Both the position numbers and the translations under genes were made by a program. Positions 9,700 to 20,007 of a DNA stretch of 64,000 nt are shown piece after piece; position 1 is the stretch's first letter, and every line of letters begins with the position of its first letter. Below the pieces are notes generated by a model that ran no database searches, had not been told where the DNA came from, and saw only the letters and a program-made list of their open reading frames with translations. The DNA comes from Omnitrophica WOR_2 bacterium RIFOXYA2_FULL_38_17 (lineage in GTDB: Bacteria; Omnitrophota; Gorgyraeia; Zapsychrales; Zapsychraceae), in contig MHHG01000027.1 of NCBI GenBank assembly GCA_001805965.1, positions 477 to 64,476 on the forward strand, read 5' to 3'.

Positions 9700-10892
9700 G
9701 TAAAATATTTAACTCTCTGTCCTTCGACAATCCTTGCAACATTCTCTTCAACCTCCATAAAACCTTCAGAATCTGACAAAGTTTTTATATCAGCTGACTC
9801 ATAATTTGTTGAAGGACACAAAAGACAATCCGATCCGCTTTTTTCTATTGTTACAAGAACAAAATGCCTTCTTGATGAATCTTGTTGAACAAAAGTTTTT
9901 TGCAGAATTCCTTCTTTAAATGCCGGCAAATAATTTTTTATTCCAGACAATTTAAGCATAGCCGTTCTAACATAGATCATGTATGTTAAGAACACAGAAA
10001 TTGGATTTCCGGGTAACCCAAAGACAAGTGTCTTGTTCTTTTTGCCAAAATACAAAGGCCTGCCGGGCTTAATACTTACCCTATGAAATATTTCCTGTAC
10101 ACCAAGATTTTTTAACACTTCCGGAACCAGGTCAAACTCTCCTCTTGAAACACCCCCTGAGACCAATAGAACATCGCTATTTAGGCCAGAGCCAAAAGAG
10201 CTTTGCATTTCAGCCTCTATGTCTCGAACAACAGAATATGACTCAAGGTCAAAGCCATCCTCTTTAATCATCGCTTTTAACATGGGGCCATTAGTGTTAA
10301 ATATTTCGTTGGCACCTAAAGATCCCCCTATCTCAACGATCTCGCCGCCAGTGTTGACCAACGAGACCTTTGGCTTTTTGCACACAGAAACTCTTGCTTT
10401 TCCAACGGAGGCAATTGCAGCTATATTTGATATTGAGAGAACAGTCCCTTTTTTTACAACTAAATCCCCAGCTTTAATATCATGGGCCTTGTTACAAATA
10501 TTTTCACCTTGCTCTAGCCTTTTGAGCACTTCAACAAGCCCTGTCGCTTCCTCCTCTTTTGTATCCTCTACCATAATTACGCTATTAGCCCCTTTTGCCA
10601 AAGGCGCACCCGTCATAGTTTTAACACACTCTCCCTTTTGTATCGTCCCTAAAAATTCTTCACCGGCGGAAACAAACCCAATGTTCTTGATCTTATTCCC
10701 AATATTCTGAGTATCTTCTGCCAACAAAGCATATCCATCGCGAATAGATTTATCAAAGGGCGGCATATTGAGAAGAGAAACAACATCCTCCTGCAGCAAA
10801 AAACCAACAGCATCCTCAGTCCTTACCGAGCAACTATCTAAATTATTTGTGTTATGTAACAGCAATTCTATTGATTCTTTGAAACTTATCAT
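9690..10892 (-). CDS. moeA: Molybdopterin molybdotransferase MoeA
   Basis: PPFDKSIRDGYA, MTGAP, SGGVSRG-x-x-D, IKPGRP, GLPGNP. Confidence 0.95.
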   Translation of the reverse strand: MISFKESIELLLHNTNNLDSCSVRTEDAVGFLLQEDVVSLLNMPPFDKSIRDGYALLAEDTQNIGNKIKNIGFVSAGEEFLGTIQKGECVKTMTGAPLAKGANSVIMVEDTKEEEATGLVEVLKRLEQGENICNKAHDIKAGDLVVKKGTVLSISNIAAIASVGKARVSVCKKPKVSLVNTGGEIVEIGGSLGANEIFNTNGPMLKAMIKEDGFDLESYSVVRDIEAEMQSSFGSGLNSDVLLVSGGVSRGEFDLVPEVLKNLGVQEIFHRVSIKPGRPLYFGKKNKTLVFGLPGNPISVFLTYMIYVRTAMLKLSGIKNYLPAFKEGILQKTFVQQDSSRRHFVLVTIEKSGSDCLLCPSTNYESADIKTLSDSEGFMEVEENVARIVEGQRVKYFTWK

Positions 10893-11088
10893 ATTATATC
10901 TAACCCTACGCCTTTGATTTTATATATTACTTATACTATTCCTCTTTTTCTATTCTGCAATAAGAAATTACGCACATAAAATATCCGGTCAAAACCATAT
11001 AAACAAGCAAGGGACACAAATATATGTGTCCCTAAAAATAATTCCAACTGATCTTTGCATCAGATAAATTTTTGTCCTTAGCCTTGCT

Positions 11089-12777
11089 CTATTTTTTTGC
11101 AATTTTTGCCCATGAATCCCGCAATGTAACCGTCCTGTTAAAAACAAGCTTCTCTTCATTGGATTTAGGATCAACACAAAAATAACCCAATCTTTCAAAT
11201 TGAAAATTACTGAACACTTTGGCTTCAGCTAAAAATGGTTCAACATAACAGTTATCCAAGACTTCCAATGATCCTGGATTTATGCTATCCAAAAGACTTA
11301 TGGTATCTTTAGCTTCTGCAGGATTCTCGTCAACAAAAAGCCTGTCATAAAGGTTGACCTGGGCCTTCTTTGCGTGTGCAACAGAAACCCAATGAATAGT
11401 TCCTTTGACTTTTCTTCCGTCAGGTGAATTCCCTCCTTTGGTTGCAGGGTCATAAGAACATCTTAATTCAACGATCTCGCCAGTATTCTCATCTTTTATG
11501 ACTTTTTCACACTTGATAAAATAAGCATATCTCAGCCTGACTTCTTTTCCAGGAGCCAGTCGGAAAAATTGTTTGTGTGGTTCTTCCTGAAAATCATCTC
11601 TCTCAATATAAAGTTCCCTTGAAAATACAACCTGCCTTGTCCCTGCCGCCATATCTTCCGGATTGTTTATTGCCTCCAGAGCCTCTGTGGATCCTTCAGG
11701 ATAATTCTCTATGACAACTTTAAGGGGCCTTAATACCCCCATGACTCTCAGCGCCCTCTTGTTTAAATCCTCTCTTAAACAATGCTCCAAAAGAGCAACG
11801 TCAACAGTGCCTTCAACTTTGGCAACACCTATTCGCTCACAAAAATCCCGTATAGATTCAGGAGTATACCCTCTTCTTCTTAGCCCTGTAATTGTCGGCA
11901 TACGAGGATCATCCCAGCCAGAAACTATTTTTTTCTCAACCATTTCAAGCAATTTTCTTTTGCTCATCACTGCGTAGCTCAGGTTCAATCTTGCAAACTC
12001 AATTTGCTGTGGATGGTAAACATTTAGTTGATCCAAAAACCAATCATAGAGCGGTCTGTGATTTTCAAACTCTAATGTACATATTGAATGAGTAATGCCC
12101 TCAATAGAATCCGACAAGCAGTGGGCAAAATCATACATAGGATAAATACACCATTCTGTACCTGTGCGATGATGCGGCTCCCTGAGGATACGATAAATAA
12201 CAGGATCTCTCATATTGATATTAGGCGAAGACATATCTATCTTTGCTCGCAGAACACATGATCCTTCTTCAAATTCTCCATTCTTCATCTTTTCAAAAAG
12301 CTCAAGGTTCTCTTGGGGCATGCGATTTCTGTAAGGGCTGTCTTTGCCTGGCGCCGTCAACGTCCCTCTATATTCTCTAATTTCATCCGCATTTAGGTGA
12401 TCAACATATGCCTTGTTTTTTTTGATTAGCTCAACAGCTGCTTCAAAAAGTTTTTGATAATAATCTGAAGCATAAAAAAGGTTTGCACCCCAATCAAAGC
12501 CCAGCCATCGCACATCTTCCTTGATCGATTCAACATATTCCTCTTCTTCTTTGGTAGGATTTGTGTCATCAAATCGCAAATGACAAACACCTTTAGGATG
12601 TTCAAGCGCAATGCCAAAATTAAGGCATATTGACTTGGCATGCCCAATATGAAGATACCCATTTGGCTCCGGAGGGAACCTCGTCACTATTCCATTTGTT
12701 ATTTTGCCTGCAACAATATCGTTAGATATTTTTTGCCTTATAAAATCAACCGATTGTTTTTTTTCTTGTTCTATCAT
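11089..12777 (-). CDS. glnS: Glutamine--tRNA ligase
   Basis: [40 protein letters not shown]. Confidence 0.97.
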   Translation of the reverse strand: MIEQEKKQSVDFIRQKISNDIVAGKITNGIVTRFPPEPNGYLHIGHAKSICLNFGIALEHPKGVCHLRFDDTNPTKEEEEYVESIKEDVRWLGFDWGANLFYASDYYQKLFEAAVELIKKNKAYVDHLNADEIREYRGTLTAPGKDSPYRNRMPQENLELFEKMKNGEFEEGSCVLRAKIDMSSPNINMRDPVIYRILREPHHRTGTEWCIYPMYDFAHCLSDSIEGITHSICTLEFENHRPLYDWFLDQLNVYHPQQIEFARLNLSYAVMSKRKLLEMVEKKIVSGWDDPRMPTITGLRRRGYTPESIRDFCERIGVAKVEGTVDVALLEHCLREDLNKRALRVMGVLRPLKVVIENYPEGSTEALEAINNPEDMAAGTRQVVFSRELYIERDDFQEEPHKQFFRLAPGKEVRLRYAYFIKCEKVIKDENTGEIVELRCSYDPATKGGNSPDGRKVKGTIHWVSVAHAKKAQVNLYDRLFVDENPAEAKDTISLLDSINPGSLEVLDNCYVEPFLAEAKVFSNFQFERLGYFCVDPKSNEEKLVFNRTVTLRDSWAKIAKK

Positions 12778-12798
12778 GCAATATTTTCATAGTTTATG

Positions 12799-12827
12799 GT
12801 CAGAAAGCCCTAAAAGGGCTTTCTGAC
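12799..12827. terminator. Perfect hairpin downstream of tRNA-Gln
   Basis: GTCAGAAAGCCC-TAAAA-GGGCTTTCTGAC; no strong U-tract, so it may be a processing or stability hairpin. Confidence 0.5.
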
Positions 12828-12832
12828 AAGAT

Positions 12833-12903
12833 CTGCCCCGTCTGGACTCGAACCAGAATACCAAGATCCAGAGACTTGTGTCCTACCATTGGACGACAGG
12901 GCA
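12833..12903 (-). tRNA. tRNA-Gln(CTG)
   Basis: TGCCCTGTCGTCCAATGGTAGGACACAAGTCT-CTG-GATCTTGGTATTCTGGTTCGAGTCCAGACGGGGCAG; cloverleaf, U1-A72, CCA not encoded. Confidence 0.93.
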
Positions 12904-12976
12904 ATTTATAAAATTGCCCACACAAATTTAAGTGCGGGCAATGTGCACGTTCAAATAAGATCCTCAAAATGTATCG

Positions 12977-13147
12977 TTACCACAAATTTTCTTGAAGCCA
13001 TGCATCTGCTTTATAAAGCTCATTATCTTTTGACCTGAAACTTTCAATGTCTTTTTGCAGTCCATCCGTTGCGCCTCTAAAGGTTTCACATCCCTGCAGG
13101 GTTAACGTCATAATAAAAACAGAAAATATAATTAGTGGATATCTCAT
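12977..13147 (-). CDS. Small lipoprotein (56 aa), entericidin-like
   Basis: Not in ORF track. MRYPLIIFSVFIMTLTLQGCETFRGATDGLQKDIESFRSKDNELYKADAWLQENLW; lipobox LQGC; AAGGAGGG RBS. Confidence 0.75.
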   Translation of the reverse strand: MRYPLIIFSVFIMTLTLQGCETFRGATDGLQKDIESFRSKDNELYKADAWLQENLW

Positions 13148-13164
13148 AAACCCTCCTTGAATAT

Positions 13165-14496
13165 CTATTTAAAAGCCTCTTTTAGCCTTTTTACAGTCTT
13201 TGCTTTTCCTAAGACCACCATAGTTTCAAACAACCCCGGCCCAATATCGCTTCCTGTTAAGGCAACCCTAATTGGATGAACCAGATCGGCTGTATTTATT
13301 CCAAGATCCTCTGTAACAGCTCTAAAAACCTGTTCCGCATTATTAAGGTCAAAGACCTCGACAACACTAAGCCTTTCTGCCAGAAAACAAAACTCTTTTT
13401 TCCTGTCATCTGAAAAATACTTTTTATAAAGGCTTTCTTCTATCGTAATATCATCAACAAAAACAAAGCCTGCCCTATCAATAAAGTCCAGCAATGTGGG
13501 CAACCTTGCTTTGTATAATCTTACAACACTTTTTAGATTTTGACTATTGAAATCCCTATTAATAAAGTTCTTTTCTATCAAAAAAGGGACAAGCAGCTCA
13601 ACCAATTTTTCATCTTCCATCTGCTTAATATATTGTCCATTCAACCACCGAAGCTTATCCATTGAAAAAACAGCTGCAGCTTTATTGACTTTTTTTATAG
13701 AGAACGTCTTGATCGCATTTGAGATACTTATCTTTTCCTGATTATTGCCAGGAGACCATCCCAGCAGCAAAAGATAATTGACTAAGGCCTCTGCAATAAA
13801 TCCGTTTGCCTTATAGTCGCTAACCGCAACTGCCCCCGTTCTTTTCGAAAGCCGGCCCCCATCTTCGCCCATAATAAGCGGTAAATGCGCGAACTTAGGA
13901 GGAGTAAATCCCAAAGCCTCATACATAACTATCTGCTTTGGCGTATTCGAAATATGATCCTCCCCTCTGATCACATGTGATATTTCCATTAAAGCATCGT
14001 CAACAACACAACAAAAACTATATGAAGGTGACCCGTCTGCCTTTATCAACACTTCATCTTTTAAAACCGGATTTCCTTCTTCATCAAGTACTGTTAAGCC
14101 ATCCTCGCAGCGTACCATAAAATTCGCCGTATCAAAATTTATTTCTCCTCTGATCAAGTCATATATCTTGACCTCTTGCTTTGGCATTTTTAGGATTATG
14201 GCCCCTGAGCTATCATATGCCTTGCCTTCTTTCACTAGCTTTTGTGCGTATTCTTTATAAATTTCAAATCTTTCGCTTTGAAAGTAAAGCTCATCCCATT
14301 CTAAGCCAAGCCATTTCATGCTAGCTAGAATCTCGTCAACAAACTCCTTGGAAGACCTCTGGATATCTGTGTCCTCTATTCGTAAAACAAATTTGCCTTT
14401 TTGCGATTTAGCATACATCCAATTAAACAGTGCAGTGCGAGCACCGCCAATATGTAAATACCCTGTTGGGCTCGGGGCAAACCTCACTTTTATCAT
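13165..14496 (-). CDS. gltX: Glutamate--tRNA ligase
   Basis: RFAPSPTGYLHIGGARTALFN, HVIRGEDH, RLSKR. Confidence 0.95.
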   Translation of the reverse strand: MIKVRFAPSPTGYLHIGGARTALFNWMYAKSQKGKFVLRIEDTDIQRSSKEFVDEILASMKWLGLEWDELYFQSERFEIYKEYAQKLVKEGKAYDSSGAIILKMPKQEVKIYDLIRGEINFDTANFMVRCEDGLTVLDEEGNPVLKDEVLIKADGSPSYSFCCVVDDALMEISHVIRGEDHISNTPKQIVMYEALGFTPPKFAHLPLIMGEDGGRLSKRTGAVAVSDYKANGFIAEALVNYLLLLGWSPGNNQEKISISNAIKTFSIKKVNKAAAVFSMDKLRWLNGQYIKQMEDEKLVELLVPFLIEKNFINRDFNSQNLKSVVRLYKARLPTLLDFIDRAGFVFVDDITIEESLYKKYFSDDRKKEFCFLAERLSVVEVFDLNNAEQVFRAVTEDLGINTADLVHPIRVALTGSDIGPGLFETMVVLGKAKTVKRLKEAFK

Positions 14497-14616
14497 TTTA
14501 CTTACCTTACACTTTTTATTGTATAAAAAAACACTACTGATAATTTAATCGACAAAACCTGACGACACTTTATATTTTTTTGATTAAATACGCAGACATT
14601 CTTTGGAAGAACTTAG

Positions 14617-15012
14617 TTAAAGAGGTGAGTTTTTCTCTTGATTTATTCTGACCAAACGCTCAACGATTTCTTCTAATCGCTTTTTTTCATCCTTATCAAT
14701 ATCTTCAAACTCTACTCCAATATCATAGAACAGAGGCTTTTTCTCTTCATCGCTTTTACGCTGCACATTCCAAACAATCTTACCTTTACACTTTATATGG
14801 TCTCCCAAATCCAACAAATCTAATTCAAGCTCTATTTCCGAAAACATCTTTATATCTTTTTTTAATATAAGACAAACACCGCCAACTCCCATGTTCTCAG
14901 TATGCGTCAAAAGAACATCTTCTGACTCTTCTGATCCCCTTATTACAACCAAACAAGGATAGTTAACACGAGGAAATTTACGCCTATTTAATCCATCCCA
15001 TCTTCCCATCAA
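14617..15012 (-). CDS. PilZ domain protein
   Basis: RRKFPR (RxxxR) and NMGVGG motif, GKIVW, IGVEF. Confidence 0.85.
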   Translation of the reverse strand: MMGRWDGLNRRKFPRVNYPCLVVIRGSEESEDVLLTHTENMGVGGVCLILKKDIKMFSEIELELDLLDLGDHIKCKGKIVWNVQRKSDEEKKPLFYDIGVEFEDIDKDEKKRLEEIVERLVRINQEKNSPL

Positions 15013-15140
15013 ACAACTCCTTTAGTTATTAGCGCTGCTTTTTTAATTATTTTTACTATACCATAAAAAGCTTTTTAACATACAGGAAAATTTATAATTT
15101 AACAAGCATTGGCCTTTAACAAAAGATGTTCTCCTTTAAA

Positions 15141-15929
15141 CTACCCTACCAGCCTTCTTTGAATCCTAACAATATTCTTAGCTAAACCTGTTACCTCGTC
15201 AACTTCAATAACAACGCCACATAGCTTTACATCATTTTCTGCTACCTGAAACTTTATTGGCATGCATTTTATAAAGCGCTCAATAATTTTTTCTTTATCC
15301 TGTCCAATAACAGAATCATAAGGGCCAACCATGCCTAAATCTGTAATATATGCCGTCCCTTTTGAAAGAATTGTTTCGTCCGCTGTTTGTATATGCGTAT
15401 GTGTTCCTACAACAGCTGAAACATTACCGTTAACAAAATGACCCATAGCAACTTTTTCACTTGTTGCTTCTGCATGAAAATCCACAACAATAATATTTGT
15501 TTCTTTCTTTATCTCAGATAACAATGCTTCTACTGTACGAAAAGGACAATTCAAGCTGTATCTCATAAAAACCCTGCCAAGAACATTGACAATTCCAACC
15601 TTCTGGCCTGCAGCCGTCTTGACTATACACCACCCTTTACCCGGAACATCCTCGGGAAAATTAGCAGGACGGACAATATTATCAGAATCTTTTAAATATT
15701 CTTCTAATTCTTTTTGATCCCAAACATGATCGCCCAAAGATATAACATCACATCCCATCTTAAATAGCTGATTAGCTATCCTTGAAGTTAACCCTGATCC
15801 GCCTGCTGCATTTTCAGCATTAGCTATTACAAGATCTATGGAATATTCCTCTTTTAGAGAAGGCAATAATTCCTCAACTGCTTGCCTTCCTGGCTTACCA
15901 ACAATATCTCCAAGACATAATATCTTCAT
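15141..15929 (-). CDS. ymdB: YmdB-family metallophosphoesterase
   Basis: GDIVGKPGR, NAENAAGG, DFHAEATSEK, GTHTH; follows rny. Confidence 0.92.
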   Translation of the reverse strand: MKILCLGDIVGKPGRQAVEELLPSLKEEYSIDLVIANAENAAGGSGLTSRIANQLFKMGCDVISLGDHVWDQKELEEYLKDSDNIVRPANFPEDVPGKGWCIVKTAAGQKVGIVNVLGRVFMRYSLNCPFRTVEALLSEIKKETNIIVVDFHAEATSEKVAMGHFVNGNVSAVVGTHTHIQTADETILSKGTAYITDLGMVGPYDSVIGQDKEKIIERFIKCMPIKFQVAENDVKLCGVVIEVDEVTGLAKNIVRIQRRLVG

Positions 15930-15968
15930 AATATATTTTAATATTCTCTATAATATGACATTCACATA

Positions 15969-17546
15969 CTATTTAGCGTATTCTACGGCTCTTTTCTCCC
16001 GCAAAACAATAACTTTTATCTGTCCAGGATATTCCATTTCTTCTTCTATTTTTTTGCGTATGTCTCTGGCAAGAACCAAAGATTCATCATCATTGATCTT
16101 GTCCGGATCAACCATGATGCGAATCTCCCTTCCTGCCTGCAAAGCAAATGTTTTGCTGACTCCTTTAAAAGAGTTCGCAATCTTTTCCAGGTTCTCCAGC
16201 CTTTTAACGTATGTCTCAAGAGTCTCTGCTCTTGCTCCCGGGCGCGCAGCGCTGATAGCATCTGCAGCACAAACCAAAATTCCATAAACATTTTTAGTCT
16301 CAACTTCTTCGTGATGGGATTCAATTGCACTAGCCACATCTTCTTGCTCGCCAAACTTACGGGCTAAAGTTCCGCCAACTATAGCATGAGTTCCTTCCAT
16401 AACCTCTTGGTTTACAACTTTACCAATATCATGAAGCAAGCCGGCTCTTATTGCTATTTTTGTGTCTAACCCCATCTGAGACGCCATCGCTCCCATTAAG
16501 ATCGCGACTTCTCTTGTATGTTGCAATCCATTTTGTCCATAACTAGTTCTATATTTCAGCTTACCAACTAATTTTAACAATTCCGGGTGCATTCCATGTA
16601 CAGACAAATCGAAGGCTATCTTTTCACCCTCTTCCTTTACCGTACTATCCATTTCCTTTTTTGCCTTTTCTACAACTTCTTCAATTCTTCCCGGATGAAT
16701 CCTTCCATCTGTAATTAAACTTTCCAAAGCAATCCTGGCTATCTCTCTTCTATACATATCAAACCCTGAGATCGTTACAGCTTCAGGCGTATCATCAATA
16801 ATAACATCCACTCCAGCAGCTGCCTCTAAAGCCCTAATATTCCTTCCTTCGCGACCAATGATCCTGCCTTTCATTTCGTCGCTTGGCAACATAACAACTG
16901 TTACCGTAGATGCAGAAGTATGGTCTGAGGCGCATCTTTGTATCGCTGTTGAGACTATCTGTCTGGCTTTTTTATCACATGTCTCTTTTATCTCTTCCTC
17001 TGCTTTTCGTATCCTAGTTGCTTTTTCATGTACGATTTCTTCATCCAATCGCGATAAAAGTAACTTTTTAGCCTCTTCTTCAGACATTGAAGAAATTTTC
17101 TGCAATCTCTGTTTTTCTTCCTCTATCATCTTGCTAAGCTCTGTGTTCTTAGCCTGAACCTCTTTTTCATTCTTATGTAACTCTTCTACCCTCGCGGTAA
17201 TATCTTTTTCCTTCTTTTCAAGAAGATCCACCCTTTTGTCTAAATTTTCCTCTTTCTGAATAAGCCTTTTTTCTACAATTGCAATTTCTTCTCTTCTATC
17301 CTTTGTTTCCTTATCAAAATCTTGCCTTAGCTTGATAACCAAATCTTTGCTGTGCAGTTCAATTTCTTTTTTTTGGTTCTCAACTTCATTTTTTGCTGAT
17401 TCCAGCAATCTTCTTGCTTTTTCCTCAGTTTTTCTTTGCTTTTTACCTGCAAAGAACCATCTTAAGAAATATCCTGCCAAAAATAGGCCAACAGCAAAGA
17501 CAGAAAGAATTACTCCTTGCGGATATATATTTGTATCTCCTAACAT
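15969..17546 (-). CDS. rny: Ribonuclease Y
   Basis: N-terminal TM, coiled coil, KH ([13 protein letters not shown]), HD (LLHDIGK). Confidence 0.96.
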   Translation of the reverse strand: MLGDTNIYPQGVILSVFAVGLFLAGYFLRWFFAGKKQRKTEEKARRLLESAKNEVENQKKEIELHSKDLVIKLRQDFDKETKDRREEIAIVEKRLIQKEENLDKRVDLLEKKEKDITARVEELHKNEKEVQAKNTELSKMIEEEKQRLQKISSMSEEEAKKLLLSRLDEEIVHEKATRIRKAEEEIKETCDKKARQIVSTAIQRCASDHTSASTVTVVMLPSDEMKGRIIGREGRNIRALEAAAGVDVIIDDTPEAVTISGFDMYRREIARIALESLITDGRIHPGRIEEVVEKAKKEMDSTVKEEGEKIAFDLSVHGMHPELLKLVGKLKYRTSYGQNGLQHTREVAILMGAMASQMGLDTKIAIRAGLLHDIGKVVNQEVMEGTHAIVGGTLARKFGEQEDVASAIESHHEEVETKNVYGILVCAADAISAARPGARAETLETYVKRLENLEKIANSFKGVSKTFALQAGREIRIMVDPDKINDDESLVLARDIRKKIEEEMEYPGQIKVIVLREKRAVEYAK

Positions 17547-17684
17547 TCTCTTTTCTCCTCTCTAAGAACTAAAACAATCATTGTTAATGATGTCTATGAC
17601 TCCATTACTGAACGCAACAGTGCGCATGGTTCTTTTGTTTTTAAATTTTAATAGAAGGATCGCTGCTAAAAAACGGTCTAGCTG

Positions 17685-18272
17685 TTAATTGGTTAGAACA
17701 TGACGAACCGGCACATCATGTTTATCTGTGGGTAAGTTATCAACTATTTGAAAATCAAAAGCAAGGCCAACCGTAGGAATGTTTGCAGGTATATCTTTCA
17801 AAAAACGGTCATAGTATCCCCCCCCTCTGCCCAGACGATTATTGTTTTTGTCAAAGGCAATCCCGGGAACTATGATCATATCTATATCCTTGAAAGATAG
17901 AACTTTAGATTCTTTTGTTTGTTTAATACCATAAGGACCATCTTCTAAATCTGCGTTTAAATCCTCTGCCAAAGTAGAATACATTATATTCTTTTCTTTG
18001 ATAATTTTTGGCAGACCAATTCTTTTTCCTAATTGTTGTGCTCTTTTAATCATTTCAATTGTTTCTACTTCCCCTAAAAATGCATAATAAAACAAAACCG
18101 TTACTGCATTTTGAAACTCTTGCATTTTTAAAAGCCTGTTAAGAATTACCAAGCTTTTAGCTGACCGCTTTTCCTCCTCCTGATTTCTTAAAAGCGTTAT
18201 TATCCTTTCCCTAATAATCTGTTTTTGTCTAAACACTGAACTTCTTTCAACCTCTAAAAACAACTTTAACAC
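17685..18272 (-). CDS. 5-formyltetrahydrofolate cyclo-ligase
   Basis: IVPGIAFD...RLGRGGGYYDRFL, HDVPV; true start may be GTG at 18236. Confidence 0.92.
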   Translation of the reverse strand: MLKLFLEVERSSVFRQKQIIRERIITLLRNQEEEKRSAKSLVILNRLLKMQEFQNAVTVLFYYAFLGEVETIEMIKRAQQLGKRIGLPKIIKEKNIMYSTLAEDLNADLEDGPYGIKQTKESKVLSFKDIDMIIVPGIAFDKNNNRLGRGGGYYDRFLKDIPANIPTVGLAFDFQIVDNLPTDKHDVPVRHVLTN

Positions 18273-18440
18273 TATGAAATATTATATTTTACTTAAATTG
18301 TACTAATGTCCTCAAATACGACAAACCTTTACATTGTTTATTTGAGTTTTTATATTATCATCTTTTCATCAAAGATACAACCGCAATTTTAAAAGCTACT
18401 ACTACCTTATAAATCATTTATTTTCACTATCTTACGTTCC

Positions 18441-19775
18441 TTAAGAGTCTTTCAGCTTTTCCATTCTTTCTTTAATTTTTCTCTCATAACCAAGCTCTCC
18501 AGGATTATAATATTTTGCATTTAAAGGCATGTATTCTTGCTTAATATAATGATCTTTATAATCATGTGCATATTTATAATCTTTTTGACGCCCAAGACTT
18601 TTAGCTCCTGCATACGAGGCATCTTTCAAGTGAACGGGAACTTCCTGGATTTTTTTATTCTTTACATCCTCCAAAGCATTATTAATAGCCATATATGCGG
18701 CATTTGATTTTGGTGAACAAGCCACATAAATAGCCGCCTGAGCCAGAGGGATCCTAGCCTCCGGCATGCCAATGAATTCTGATACCTGCAATGCGGCATT
18801 GGCCAAAACCAATGCCTGCGGGTCCGCATTTCCAACATCCTCAGCCGCGCAAATACATATCCTTCTGGCAATAAATCTTGGATCTTCACCGGCATATATC
18901 ATTTTTGCCATCCAATAAATTGCGGCATCAGGATCAGACCCTCTCATTGATTTAATAAACGCAGATGCTGTGTCATAATGGGAATCTCCATCTTTATCAT
19001 AAACGACTTGCTTCCTTTGAATTGATTCTTGTGCAATATTTAAGTCAAAATGTATCTTGCCATCTTTAGATTTTGGTGTAGTTGAGCACCCTATCTCCAA
19101 AGCATTGAGGGCTCTTCTCGCATCTCCATCACAAACCTCCGCAAGAAAATCAAGCGCTGCCGGCTTTACTTTTATGGGCAGCTTTCCAAGCCCTCTTTCT
19201 TTATCCTTTAAGGCCCTTTTTAAAATTTGCAGAAGCTCTTCTTTTGACAAAGAATTAAGCTCAAAAACCATAGATCTTGATAACAGTGGACTTGTTAACG
19301 AAAAGAAGGGATTTAAAACTGTTGCTCCGATTAAGATTAAACAGCCGGTTTCAACATCCGGCATTAAAACATCTTGCTGGGCTTTATTAAATCTATGGAT
19401 CTCATCAATAAAAAGAATTGTTTTTTGCCCCGATGTATTTATCCTGTTCAGGCTTCCTTTGATTATTTTCCTAAGGTCTTCAACGTTGGAAGAAACAGCA
19501 TTGATCCTTTCAAAACATGCTTTTGTCTTATTGCTGATACACTGGGCTAATGTTGTTTTACCTGTTCCGGGAGGCCCGTATAATATAAGAGAATTTATTT
19601 TATCTGCTTCAATCGCTCGCAACAGCAGCTTACCTTCTCCAAGGATATGCTTTTGTCCGACATATTCATCCAAGGAACGCGGGCGCATTCGCACACTCAA
19701 AGGCGAATTCGCAAATACCCTTTCTATTGTTGGCCCATCAAAAAGCCCTATTGAATTATTATCTTCACTGTTCAT
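18441..19775 (-). CDS. rarA: Replication-associated recombination protein A
   Basis: PLSVRMRP, GPPGTGKTT, DEIHRFNKAQQD, SAFIKSMRGSDPD. Start moved to ATG 19775 because the longer ORF runs into the 6S RNA. Confidence 0.93.
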   Translation of the reverse strand: MNSEDNNSIGLFDGPTIERVFANSPLSVRMRPRSLDEYVGQKHILGEGKLLLRAIEADKINSLILYGPPGTGKTTLAQCISNKTKACFERINAVSSNVEDLRKIIKGSLNRINTSGQKTILFIDEIHRFNKAQQDVLMPDVETGCLILIGATVLNPFFSLTSPLLSRSMVFELNSLSKEELLQILKRALKDKERGLGKLPIKVKPAALDFLAEVCDGDARRALNALEIGCSTTPKSKDGKIHFDLNIAQESIQRKQVVYDKDGDSHYDTASAFIKSMRGSDPDAAIYWMAKMIYAGEDPRFIARRICICAAEDVGNADPQALVLANAALQVSEFIGMPEARIPLAQAAIYVACSPKSNAAYMAINNALEDVKNKKIQEVPVHLKDASYAGAKSLGRQKDYKYAHDYKDHYIKQEYMPLNAKYYNPGELGYERKIKERMEKLKDS

Positions 19776-19798
19776 TGGAAAAATACATTCGCATAAAA

Positions 19799-19950
19799 AA
19801 ATCCCCACCATGCCGTCGGACAAGAGAATAGGTGAACCTTTTCACCAAGTGGGAACCTCTCCGAAATGTCCTCAAACATACCGGAAGTTTAGCGTCCCTT
19901 TATAGAGTGTTGGTTCTCTATAAACGTCCTAACGTACACAGCAGGGATTT
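19799..19950 (-). ncRNA. ssrS: 6S RNA
   Basis: Ends AAATCCCTGCTGTG...GCATGGTGGGGATTT pair; internal GAACC/GGTTC and GGGA/TCCC around a central bubble; typical position downstream of pheT and upstream of the 5-FCL-rny-ymdB block. Confidence 0.8.
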
Positions 19951-20007
19951 ATGATTTATGATAACACCGTATCAAGAAACATTCTATCTTTAAAATGTTA
20001 CTGGCTT

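Noticed and set aside
19057-19905. 282-aa + strand ORF
   Set aside because: Antisense shadow of rarA and the 6S RNA; no recognisable motif.
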